Positions 10,779-23,700 of a DNA stretch of 64,000 nucleotides are shown here, in pieces. The notes under the pieces are model-generated. The model saw nothing but the letters and a program-made list of their open reading frames with translations. It was not told the DNA's origin and did no database searches. Source of the DNA: Eledone cirrhosa (Eukaryota); assembly GCA_964016885.1 (NCBI GenBank), contig OZ024741.1, positions 230,888,001-230,952,000 on the forward strand. The letters run 5' to 3'. The position numbers and the translations under genes are program-made. How positions within the stretch are numbered: position 1 is the stretch's first letter; the number at the start of each line of letters is the position of its first letter.

Positions 10779-13700
10779 GTTCTTTGAGTCATTGAATGTT
10801 ATTTAACTGGAAAGTTTGTTGCAATGAATATCAAGCCACTACCTGCAGACTCAGACATTCAGGACATATCGGAGGGATCTTGTGTTCCCAGCAATAATGC
10901 GTTCTAAGGTGTTCCAAAAAGGGCGCTGGACTAATAGTTTTTAACCATCCTTGGAAAATCTTTGAGATAGTACCTAGTGCGCCTATGACAATCGGGACGA
11001 CCTTGATTTCATGGCAGTTCCATTCTTTTTTAACTCCAATTTTAAATACTGCTATCAGTTAATTTTCTCCCTCTCCTTTTCTTGCACTCTCATGTCAAAT
11101 GGGCAGGCTACATTTACAATCAGGCACGATCTTCTTTCCTTGACCAAAACCACCGGGTCAGGCCTATTGTGTCCTGATTTCGTGTCCGTCTGTATCCTAA
11201 AATCACAAAGCACCTTCACCTGATCGTTTTCTATCACTGACGTTGGCTTATTCTCATACCACTTCTCAGAATGTGGTAAAGTGTTTAGTTTGCATAGATA
11301 CCAGTGGATCATCCTGCCCATCACATCATGTCTCCAGTCTTTATAGTGAGTCTGGGCTAGGTGTTTACACTCGGATACAATGCGAGGCACAGTCTCCTCA
11401 CTCTCTCCACAGATCCTACACAGTGAGCTAGTCCCCTCCTTGTCAATATGGTGTTTCACCCACTTGCTTCCGAGGGCTTGCTCTTTCGCAGCCATTAGCA
11501 TTCCTTCTGTAGCCTTTATAAGGTCTCCTCTTTTTAAACAGTTCTGTCTGTGGATCTCTAAATTCCGTTTTCTTAACGAAGCTGCTATAAAGGGATTTTT
11601 TATGAAGGTTGCTCTTCCTCCATGTTGTTATTTCCCCCTTGGACATCCCCTGGTCTATTGTCTTCTCCTTCAGTACAATTTTGAGCATTGGTTCTCTACT
11701 GTCAGCCACATATATGTGTAGGCTGGTTTTCTCCATCTGAAAACAGTCCTCTATGCTGATAAGACCTCTTCCACCATCAGATCTCTTTAAGTAGAGTCTA
11801 TCAACATCACTCCTCTTGTGGAACATGTTGTAGATAGTCATTAGCTTCCTAGTCTTTCTATCCATTTCTTTTTGTGCAGCAACATTCCATTTCAGAATTC
11901 CCGCACTGTACCTAATAATAGACACAGCTCGGGAATGTTCTGCACTTATGATATTCCTACTATTTAGATGTGATTTTAGTATGTTCCTTACTCTCCTAAT
12001 GTACACTGATCAATTCTTTCATTTTTTTTGTTCTTGATATCATCTGCTTCCAGAAAACCTAAATATTGGTATGCTTCTTCAGTGTCAGTTTCCTTTATAA
12101 TCTCACCTGTTGTTACCTGGATTCGGTTGCTTCTGCTCAATTTACCCCTCCTCATCACTAGGACTCCACACTTATTAATACCAAATTGCATACATATATC
12201 ATTGCTGAAAATACGGACAGTGTCAACAAGTAATTCCAGCACCTTCTCACTCTTCCCAAAGAGTTTATGATCGTCCGTGAAGAGGAGGTGATTGATGGTA
12301 AGCTCTCTTTTTCCAACTTGTATCCTGCTCTCACTTTTCGCAGTATAATGGTCAGGGGTATCAGGGCAAGGAGGCAAGGACAAACAACAGAGGGGACAAA
12401 CTATCTCCCTGGAAGATACCTCTCTTGATCTTCACGCCTGCCATGGATTTTCCACCCGATGTTAACTCTGTTTCACACGACTTCATACTCTTGCTCAACA
12501 ACTGTCTGATGTTATCTGCCACCTTGAATATCTCTAGTCTTTTGGTTATCCAAGAATGAGGTACCATGTCGAATAACTTTTTGTAATCTATCCATCGCAT
12601 GGCAAACCATTTTGTCTCCTCTTGCAATTCCTCATTACCATCTTATCAATAAGTAACTGCTCTTTTGTACCACGGGACTTCTTTCGGCATCCTTTCTGTT
12701 CGTCCGGTAACAAGTTGTTTATGTGGAGGTGATGGTAGATTTCCTCAGACTCAATGCTTGTTAACAGTTTCCACATTACGGACAGACATGTGATAGCTCT
12801 ATTGTTTGTAACATTATTACCCTTGCCAAAAGTAGAAACAATTATTACCCTTGATTCGGTCTTTCATTAGCAGAACTCTGGTACCTTTGTCAACCATTCT
12901 GGTACCTCACCCGACATCAAGCAGTCATTGAACATGGTTGTCAGTTTCGGCCTGGTGATTTCCAGTTGGTTAGGTTTTTGGCCAGCCCTATAAGAGTTTC
13001 AACTGTGATACAGTTTGTTGGTGGGCCTGTTCACTAATCTCCTTTTGTACTGTCTCAATCCACACTGCCTGATAATTATGTTCAACATCCTGCTCCCATA
13101 TTCCTCTCCAGAATGTCTTTGTCTGTTCCGCCTCAGGGATCAAGTCGTTGCCTCTTTCTTTCCCTTGAAGCTGTCCAAACAACAACTACTGGTTGTTGTC
13201 AAACTTACGGTTCTGTCTATACTGACTGACTCTGCTCTGATATCGCCTAATCTTTGCACTTTTTGCTGTTTCTTATAACTTTTTCCTGTCTACAAATCTT
13301 AGGTTCATAGGTTTCCCACTATCATTGGTCATTTCATCTACCACTAAGTTTAGGATATAAACCAAATATTGTCTTAGTCCGTCAGCATTCATTTCCTCAA
13401 TGGCCGTATCTTTGTTCCAGATGTTATTTATTTCAGCATTCAGATCATTGTCTGCTTCGGATGTTTCCACCGTTCTCTCAACCTCTTCACCTTCATTTAC
13501 CACTGGCTCGTTTGTCTGGCACACTCCACTCTCCATTTCTAACCTAATCTCTCTGCTCAGTTCCTCCAGTTCCAACTCGCTTATCCATCCATTACTTCTT
13601 ATTACCCGAGCCTGCCCGGCCAATTTTTGTTTATCTAATTTAAATAGTCCAATCTCGTTCCAGATGTTATGCATCCGTTTTTCCAGATGTTATGCATCCG

Positions 13701-13939
13701 TTTCCTATAGCATTTTTCCATGGGGTACTCTTCAGGTAACATTACATGACAGTTCTATACAATTCTTTCGTCCAGGTGGTTCTTGTCCATTTCCTTCTTA
13801 TTCTTCCTTCAACACCAGCAGTACTTGGATGACAGCCAGATCCCTGCTGCTGGGCCAGGGAGCACTTGCTGGGTGAGAGTCTGTCACATGGCGTTCCAGT
13901 CTCATTTTCACCGTTATTCGAACTGTTTAGGTTCGACAT
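10779..13939 (-). mobile_element. R4/Dong-clade non-LTR retrotransposon (Dong-A), decayed, near full ORF with internal deletion
   Basis: IFQGDSLSPLLF, HLLFTDDHKLF (RT), CRICGESEETVPRIVSEC (CCHC-like), RHD..RPD..IVNVACPFD (restriction-like endonuclease); 3' end runs into (AAT)n. Confidence 0.9.
12826..12840 (+). mobile_element. 15-nt SINE 3'-tail insertion with 13-bp target-site duplication inside Dong-A
   Basis: ATTATTACCCTTG-CCAAAAGTAGAAACA-ATTATTACCCTTG; the paralogous Dong site at 58181-58204 is uninterrupted. Confidence 0.85.
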
Positions 13940-14860
13940 TTAAACACTCTTATCGAGGATTGGTGAATGTATGGTTACATAACCACCGGTGATTTTAGCG
14001 TGGCACCATCACGCTGTAGACGAACATAAATAAATAAACAAACAAACAGATACAAACTTTGAAAAATAAACATAAGTTTCATTGTAATGTTTGAATGGCT
14101 GACTTAGTTCTTTTGTTTGTTTGTTTTTTCCTTTACGTTTTTCGTTTTTCGAGGCCCATATCATTGGTTACTAGTGTTGTTGCGTTCAAAACATTTGAAA
14201 TGTGTTTTTTTTGTCTGTGTTCTGTCCTATAATCTTTCGACTTGTTGCTTATTATTATTATTATATTTTAGTTTAGATTTGACATCGTTTAAACTAAATA
14301 TTTTGAGAGAGTTTAGAGTTTAGAGATACAACAACAATAATTATTTTGGTGTTGTTGTTGTTAGCTGTTTGACCGGGGCACTAAATCAGTCTAGTTATAT
14401 CTTTCGATGCCTTCCTCGCTTATTCATCATGTGTGTAGTGGCACTACTACCACCCCTCTCGTAACAGGAGGTAGTGGGGGAATAGTGGTGGCAGCGATGA
14501 TGCAGTGGTGGCGGTGGTGATGGGATAGTAGTATTATAGTGATAGTCTTGCCGTAGCCTGGCTAAATTTTTGTGGTAGTGGAGATGGTGGTGGCGGCGGT
14601 GGTGGTGGTGTTCATGGTGAAATTATTTGGCTGTTGTTCGTAACTATTTACTTTTTTGACTACAACATTTCTGATACAAAATTAAATATTAAATATTGGA
14701 ACCATATGCCATAATGTGATACGTCGCCACTTCTGAGAGTATAAACTGGTATCTTATGTTCCATTTGTAATAAGAATTATTCTATCACAATTGTTTTAAA
14801 TATATAAAAAATCAAAACTTACGGGGACAATTCCATAACACTCTATCCACCATGTGCGTA
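13940..14860 (-). other. Non-coding module upstream of Dong-A ORF (putative long 5' UTR/promoter)
   Basis: Homologous blocks at 37387-38985, 55996-56739 (inverted, proximal part) and 62075-62855 (inverted, distal part). Confidence 0.6.
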
Positions 14861-15111
14861 ACTTCATTTTAATATTATTATTATTATTATTATTATTGAC
14901 GACCTACGTAGGAAATCGTATCATCGTGAGCTCCGCAAAGGTTTGTTGTTTTCGTTTGTTTAAAATTGCCATTTATGGAAAATTTGTGTTGTTAACCATT
15001 TATAAGGTGACACAATTTGCTTTCGGAAAAGGACACTCAAAAAGATTGGGGCCTTGAGCCCAAAATTTAAACATTTATAATTATCAAACAACAATATTTC
15101 TTTGAAAAATC

Positions 15112-17008
15112 ATGAAAGATCCACAGCCACACCTTCCTCACAAACTAACACCTCATACCGACACCACCATTGTAAATATTACTACGTTTGCCAACATTAA
15201 AAATATAAGCAGAAGCAATAATTTAAATTTGTCTCATGAAGACATTCATTTCCCGCCATTACCAATGACGGCAGGTGTTGAAGCCGCCAGCCCCACCACC
15301 ACCACAGCGACAACAGAAACAAAAGAAAAAAAAAATTATCTCGTGACATCGAAATGGATTCACCCAGAATGGACTCTTCCACACTGAACACCACTGACGC
15401 CACCACCACCACAACTGAAACTAAAAATAACGATAACAACAACAGCAACAACAACAATGAGAATAAGAAAACCACCCTGTCTTTTGCCAGAGTAGCAAAA
15501 AAGTGCGAAGCAATCCAGGTAACCCAGGAGGAATTAGATGAAGCCAAGAGAATGGTAAAGAAAGATGGGTACAGGGTCAGCCCCCCCCCCCCCCACACCT
15601 AATAAAATGGAGCATTGGCGCCTATGCACCGTGTCTTATCGGATGATTAACATAAAATCGCGGCGACTGGAACGAGCATACGAGTCCCAAATCCAAAAAA
15701 TCCCACATCAGACGTTGGCAGAAATATTATAGCGTGGACGTGTTCTTTGGAACACCACATGAGACCAGAGAACACTCCATGGCCCCATTAAGAAGTGACC
15801 ACTTCACACTCGTCCCAAGCTATTGTGGCCAGAGACTCGTGAAGATCAGAGTGACCTACGTTCCACCGTCCATCGAAATTCCCTGGCTAATGGCTGCCGT
15901 ACTCACCGGCATCAAGGCCAACACCAAGATAATCGAAATAGCGAAAGAAAAGCAGGAGAACTGGTCCCAATCTGGGATGGAGCTCCTGATCCAAGCGGAC
16001 CAAAAAGCATTGAGGAGATACCAGAGGTATTAGACCTCACTGACGGCAGTCACCTCACCGTAATCGTCGAGGGCAGAAGACCTAGGTGTGTCATTTTTGG
16101 TGAAGGAACCCACCTAAGGGCTTTCTGCCCTCAGGCTAAAAGGTTGAGGCCTCCTCTCTTACCCACCCCAGTGACTCAACCATCAACACCACCAGCAGAG
16201 AGATGGCAGCAACGACTATAGCAGCAACAACAGAAGCAACTGTGACAGCAACAACCCCAGCAACGGTAGCAAAACCAACACCACCACAACGCAACGCGCC
16301 AGAACTAGCACCAGTGCATACACCATTCACCATGCCACAACCAAAACCAACGCCTGTGGAGGATTTTCCACTCTCCAACCTATCGCAACTGGAGACAGAT
16401 TGTGACAACGAGGAGTGGGAAACAGTATCAGGAAAAATGAAAGAAAGAAAAAGAAGCCAAATAAGAAAAAAATCCCCTTCCTTCCCACTCCAAAAACAAA
16501 ATACAGAGGGAAACAAATAAAGTATGAAACAAAAAGGTTAGGACAGCTATGCCACCATCCACACCAGCATCACCAACCCATCACCATAAACACCAACACT
16601 ATCACCATCATTAACCCTAACACCACCATTACCATAACCACAATAGTCACCAAAAAGCGAAGCAGAAACAAACCCACAACAAACGCAAACAAAACAAAAA
16701 ACTAAAAGGATACACACTACACAGCATTAAATTTGAACAACAACCAATTATTACACTACATCCAACACAACACCAGCATCACAGAAAAAGACTACACAAC
16801 ACCCCAAAGGTTCACACCACCTCCACACATACAAATCACTCGCATCACACAGAAAACGTACACGACACTAAAACAAAAATTCTCCAAAGACATCGGAGAC
16901 TTCCGACAAGCACTCTCCAGGAGGATTTATAAGGTCATCCTTCCGGAGGAGGCCACAAGCAGTGAAAAGGATGGAGAAACCATCCCTCCTCTACGAGAAG
17001 TAAGGTAA
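15112..17008 (+). pseudogene. Tx1-A ORF1 (RNA-binding/Gag-like, degenerate zinc knuckle), disrupted
   Basis: IVEGRRPRCVIFGEGTHLRAFC knuckle; T/P-rich linker; several frameshifts; paralogue at 53786-55736. Confidence 0.8.
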
Positions 17009-17042
17009 GTGGTATTTCCGATCTTTTCCAATGTATTTCAAC

Positions 17043-20000
17043 ATGACCTCACTCAGAATAGGCAGCATAAATGCGCGTGGCTTGGGGTCGTCATAGAAGC
17101 AGGGCCACCTGCTCAACGACCTCAGGTCAGGTCACTAAACATAGATGTAGTGGCCATCAGCGAGACCAGAATTTCCGAAGCACGGGCCTTCACACCGATC
17201 TTCGGCGGTTACGATGTGTACGCATCTCCCAGCCATCCTGAATCGGGGGGAGGAGGTTTTATGCTTTTTAGAGAAGTTTGGAACTCGCCATACGGGACAT
17301 ATTCCTGGATCCAGAAGGTAAGGTGATGGTGCTGGACGTGACCAGCGGAGACCGGCAAGCTTTCAGGCTAGGGGCCGTCTATGCCCCGACAGGAGCAGGG
17401 CGGCCTGATTTCTCCCGGCGTCTGGAGACCTTTCTTGGAACGTCCCGCTCTTTAGTGTTAGTGCGCGACTGGAACGGGATCTTAGATGCACGCTGGGATT
17501 CTTTGGGATTAGCGGATAGGGCAGGAGGCTGCAAGAGACTCACCAACCTGCTCAGGCATTTTGAACTGTCTGACAGGTACCTATTGGATTTCCCGAATGT
17601 GCCAATGTGGACTTGGACAAACCGCATAGGGTCATCATGATCATATCTAGATAGAGTATTTTGTACGGAAACAGATAGGTCTAGTATAGGCTGTCCACAA
17701 TTCAAGATAGTCAGCTACACGGACGACAAATTCGTGATCTGTGTGCTTGACTTAGATAGGCTTCATAGACGAGGACCCGGCTACTGGAAGCTAAACGCGT
17801 CCTTACCAGCGCGCAAGGCCTACAGAGACCGGATTAGCGAACTAGTTAAGCGGGCGTTGACGAGGGCCAACGTCAATAACAAGTGGTGCTTTGGCCTGAA
17901 AAGAGCGATTAGAGTAGAGTCCATTAGGTTTAGTAAGCCTTTAGCAATAGAGAAAAATAGAGCAGAGAGAGAACTAGTTAGAAAATTAGACGAGGCGCTT
18001 AGTAAAGGCATCGCGACCGACGTACTTGCAGCGAAATTGGCCCTTGATCAATTCTTCAATGCAAAGAACGAAGGCTGTGTTTTCAGAGCTAGCGTGCGTG
18101 CTCTCAGACACGAGGGGCGAAAGTCATTCAATGGGCCCGAGTGGCGGAGGCGCGTCGTGGCAACAAAGCCACGGTCCGGTCTTTGGTGGACCTCGACGAG
18201 CGCATGCTACTCGATCCTGGGCAAATGTGTGAAACTTTTCAGTGACATTTCGCTCAGCTGTTCGGGGGCAGCGGCGGGCCGGGTCAAGGGATGGACTTTA
18301 GTGTCTACTTCGACGGACTGCCGCGGCTCTCGGGCACTGAAGCGGAGTTTTGCGAAAAGCTGATAACAGCCACTGAAGTATGGGAGGCAATGACTGGCTG
18401 CACAAGGGGTAAATCGCCTGGTTTGGATGAACTGCCCTATGAACTTTACGTACAAATGCCAAACTTGTTCGGAGGCCTCTTGCCGGACGTCTACTGCAAC
18501 TGGCAACAGAACGGGAGAATTCCCAGCTATGTGAGCCGAGGAGCGGTGGCGCTGCTGAGAAAGGATCTGAACAAATGGGGATAACATTGATAATTTCAGG
18601 CCCATAACTCCACTAAACACAGAGTTCAACAGTTTGGCCAATGTTCTAGCAAAGAGGTTGGCGCTTGTCGTTGGTGGTCTGGTGGGAGAGGCGCAGACAT
18701 GCGCCATTACCGACAGATCCATCCACAACAACCTCCATCTCATACGAAACATCGTAGAGAGTGTAGCTATGGAACCTGGCACGGGTGGGTACTTGATCAA
18801 TTTAGATCAGTCGAAATCTTTCGATAGGGTCGACCATCTTTACCTAGCGGCAGTCCTGGGGGTGGCTCGCTTTGGGCCCGTCTTCAGAGGCTGGATCGCT
18901 GCCATGGACAACGGCATCTGCTCTGTGGTGAGAGGGATCGGTCACCTTTCGGAACCGTTGAACATGATGTGATCGGTCCCCCAAGTATGTCCCCTCTCGT
19001 CCCTCTTTTACTTATTGACTCTCGAGCCATTACTGCACAAACTGGAGACGTTGAGGCGGCCCCGCGCGAACTAAGATGCGGAAGATCCGTGTCAGCATAT
19101 GTGGACGATGTCACCGTAGTGGTGTCGAACGCCAAATACATCGAGGCGATCGGCACTACACTAAGAGAATACGAAACGGTGACAGGAGCAATGATTTACC
19201 AGGAAAAGTCAGTGGGCCTGAAGCTCGGCACCTGGAGAGTCAAGTCCATGCCATCCAACAGTGTTATCGGGCGCTGGAGGTACGGGCCGGTTAAATTGCT
19301 AGCGCCTGGTTCGGTCCGGAACTCCATGCGGACAAAATCTGGGACGTGGTGACGAGCAGGGTGGCTTCTCTCACCCAGAAATGGGGGGAGAGGAAGCTAT
19401 CCTTGAAAGGTCGAGCGTAGGTGGCTAACGGTTACATCGTGCTCGACATCTACTACCGTGTGACCGTCGTACCTTGTCCTAAGCTCTGCCTGACTGCGGT
19501 GGAGCGTTTGCTCTTTCGCTTTTTGTGGAAGGGATGAGCTGGGATGGTCAAGCGGTTCATTTGCTGTCAACACCCGCTACGTGGAGGGCTGGGAATGCCG
19601 TGGCTGATAATGCGCAAACACGCTCTCAGGCTACGACATCTCCACCTCTTCCTCGACGGTAATGAGGTGAGGTCACCGTTTGATAGACACGTCTTTCCCC
19701 AACTCGTCTCCTTGACGGAGCTGCAAACCTGGGTCAAGCGAAAACAGAGAGGGAGCGCTTGGAGACTGGAATGTCTTCAGGCGCTCACAGCTCTCGACCA
19801 ATGGGGCAATGTGATCAGTGAAAACTCCAACTTGGCGTTCTATAGAGGATTAGTAGAGGGGAAGAGCGACGATGTACTTGGGGAAACTCTAGGCGTCGAC
19901 GAAAATAAACTAGCCAATCTTTTCGGAAGAACTTTCGGGCCGGGGCCTATGGGCAACTTCCAGAAATCCCTGGCCTGGCAGTGCTACCGAGGAGCTTTGC

Positions 20001-20464
20001 CAGTTCGGGATAAACTCTACAGGCATGTAGGTACCGTCAGCCGGGCATGTCCGAGATGCGCGCAGGACGACGAAACCGTCCTGCACGCACTCGTCCAGTG
20101 ACCGAGCATTGCTGACTTGAGGTTTTATGTCGAACACCTGCTGTCGCGTGTAGGACGGATCCAGCTATCAGCTGAGTCCATCGTGAGGATTGCCCCGCCA
20201 TCTTCCTTTAGCCGGGAAGGGCAGGCAGTGTTCATCTGTCTGATGTCCATGGCGAAAGGGATAGTATGGTGGACACGTTTGAAAGGGCTGAAGACGAGCA
20301 CTTACCTCTTCGGTGATGCCCTGATTAACTTTTTCAAATTTCATTTGAAAAGGAAAATCAGGGTAGAGAGGGAAGCGCTCTCTTCCCAGCATTTTGTTGA
20401 AAGGTGGGTGAGAGAGGCAAGAATGGCCTGAGTGAATGAGCCTACTCTGAGTATGTGTCTGTAA
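17043..20464 (+). pseudogene. Tx1-A ORF2 (APE endonuclease-RT-CCHC), disrupted
   Basis: MTSLRIGSINARG, AISETR, VYAP, DWN, PGYWKLN, NLDQSKSFDRV, YVDD, CPRCAQDDETVLHALVQ. Confidence 0.9.
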
Positions 20465-20729
20465 ATTAATGGTGGAAAACTGGGAGAGGACACTTGCCCT
20501 GGTGGTCACGGTCACTGTAGCTTTTTATAGGGCTTTCTCCACGAATGTCCCTCAGAAGTCTCCCCCCTATTGGGGAAATTTCTTCATTGTTCTATTATTA
20601 CATCCTCTGTTTCTTGATTTTCCAAGCAGAAATGCCCTTTTGTACCGTCCTGTATTGTCCTGTACTGTCCTTAATGTCTACTTTGTGTAAACCCTTGTGG
20701 TTAATAAAGAAAGCATTATTATTATTATT

Positions 20730-23700
20730 GGTCTAAGCTGACGTATTTTGCTCGCTCACAGTAAGTCCCTTTATTTGCCTGTTAAAATTATTTGTTAAAT
20801 ATTTCTTGTTGTGTAAGGGATATAAGACCTTAGAATTTGCCCCGTGAAGGGGAAAGTTTAATATTTGGGCCTTTTGGCCCAAATATTTGAACTTTTTTTT
20901 TACATGTTAAAGCATTTACAAAAGAAAAAGAAACATGGCTGAGCCACGCCCACCAGCGATATGTCGGCTGTCGTGCGACAACGACGTAGACCATGAGAGG
21001 AGCACTACAGCGAAATTAAAACACATTGATAACACAAACACCACCACAAACAAGGTAAACAAAGACACCAATGATACCAATAAGAACACTAATTTAGAAA
21101 AAAAATGACAGTAACAGCGACAACGAAAATACAGATAACAAAAGAAAATAACAAATACAACAACAATATCAACGCCATTAACATGAAAACAAATAGCGAC
21201 AACACCAATAGCAACAATACCAACTGCACCGAGAATAACGGTGGCAACAAAGACAACAATGATAACAGCGACAGTGCTAACAACAACACCAAAAAGAACA
21301 ACGACAACAAAACCCCCAACGAAACAAAGGAGAACACTTTCGCTGTGGCAGCAGCAAAAAAGAGGACATGCATCAACATGGACCTATCAAACAAAGATGA
21401 AAAGTTGGTCCCAGGCGTGGAAGCTCATCAAGCAAGAGCAAACTTGGGCCAACTTAACTGTTCCGGTAGAAGCTATTGAGGCAGTGGTGCGCAAAACGGT
21501 GCAATATAGATGCATCTCAGCACAAACCAAAAGGGCAGCTTTAATCCCACAAGAAGATGTCGAAGTCACGCTGAGTTGCATCAGAGAAGACACCCAGTAC
21601 ATAGAGAGGGGCAGACAGTACGGCACTATTTCGGTGTTGTTCAAGTCAGAAGCCCTCGCTATGAAACACACTATGACTCTTTGCAAAACCAGCAAGGTCA
21701 TAATGTACCCCTCCCTCATGGGAAATAGAACTGCCCGGCTCCGCATTCCCAGAATCCCACCAGGACTTGACATATGGTGGCTTCTGGGATGTGTGATTGT
21801 GGAGGGGACGGATACAGTCCCTATAGAAGTGACCATAACGGCCAGAGAGGACTGGTCCGGGTTTGACCTGGAGATCCTTCTCCAGATCAGATCCAAAAGG
21901 CCGCCTTGTTTTGTTTGTGGGGAAAAAACCTATTTGCGAGCCTTCTGCCCTCAACTGCTGAAAGAGGCAAGGGGTCGAAAGGCTCCACTGCTGCAGACGC
22001 CGGGGTGAGGACCACAACCAACACTAGCACCGGCAAAACCACCAACAACACCAATAGAAAAACCACCACCAACATTGACCACCCAGGGGGGAAACGAGGA
22101 AAGGTGTCAAATTCCCCCTCCCCCCAAAATACACACACCAATAAAACGATAAACATACATACAGACACATTTACAGACACAGGCCCCTCATCTACCAGTA
22201 GTGAAAATGAGGGAAATCCAAAATCCTCCAAAATACAAAAAAGGAAACAAAAAGAAAAGGAAAACTCAACAAAGCACAAAATCACCCACAATAAAAAACG
22301 CAGACACCACCCACGGAAACATCTCTCCAATAACACCAACATCAACACCACCATCACCATCACCAGAATCCCCCAAACGCAAACAACCGAAACAGACGCA
22401 AGAACAAATATACACACAAACATCTGAAACCACAGACACCGCACTCACAACAAATACAGATACAACCGAAACAATACCACCAAAACCATCACCACCACAG
22501 CCACGCAAACAAATAAAATCACACCAACAAAACATACAAAACTTCGTGCTCGTCAGGAGGGCCAACAAGGAACTGTTGGCCCTCGTAGCACGAAGTGAAA
22601 ATATACAAAAAGAGGGGGAATTTGTTAAATCGAGCACATTTCGCGTGCCGGAAGATTTGGTGCGAATGTCGCTCGACATATTCAAAGAAATACGAGACAC
22701 CTTTCCTCGGGACGTGGGAACACCGAACGTAAAACCCAATTCAAGACTTTTAAAATGGTTCCCAAAAGAAACCCCACTAACTATGGAGGTCGAACAACCC
22801 GACCTTCACAAGAGCCCGGAAGGTAAGTAAACCTTCCTCTCTCTCTGTTTAACCTGCCAACATGGCCGTATTAAGAGTAGGATGTTTAAATGTTCGAGGC
22901 CTGGGATCGACCTGGAAGCAGAGTCACCTGCTCAACGACATTAGGTCTATAGACATGGATGTAATTGCAGTCAGCGTGACCAGGATTTCCGACACGCGCG
23001 CACTAGCCCCCATGCTCCACGATTATCAGATCTTTGCATCTGTTAGCCGGCCGGGAATGGGAGGCGGGGTGGCAGTGCTGTTTAGGAAAGGCCTGGATCT
23101 CGAGGTAAGGTCAATCTTCCGGGACCTGGACGGGAAGTTGGTTGTCCTGGACGTGAACAATAATGAAGGGGGTGCCTTTAGACTAGTGGCCGTCTATGCT
23201 CCTACTGGTGTAGGACGGCCGGACTTCTTTAGACGCCTGGAAGCCTTTCTGGGTACGTCTCACCCTTTACTGTTAGCGGGGGACTGGTACGGCATATTAT
23301 ACCCATGCTAGGACTGTGTGGGAGTATCCGATAGGAACGGGCGTTGCAAAAGCCTCAAGAACCTGATCAGTCATTTCCAACTGTCTGACAGGTACCGACT
23401 AGATTTCCCTAATGCGCCAGTGTGGACCTGGGCTAACCGCATAGTGTCATCTAGATCGTATATATTCATCGTATATATTCATTAGGAAAATAGTCAGAAA
23501 TACTGTAAGCTGTCCACGCTTTGAAACGGTCGCCTATTCAGATCACAAGTTTGTGATCTGTATAATCGACCTAGATAAGACGCGTAGGTTAGGACCTGGT
23601 TACATGAAGCTAAACATGTAATTTCCGGCACGTAAGGCTTACAGGGACCAGGTCAACAATTTAGTTAAGAAAAGGTTGACAGGGAGAGTCGTCAACAATA

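Larger units (their letters stand above)
14898..20729 (+). mobile_element. Full-length Tx1-clade LINE family A, frameshifted
   Basis: 5' end directly after (ATT)n; ORF1 15112-17008, ORF2 17043-20464; AATAAA plus (ATT)n tail. Confidence 0.93.
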
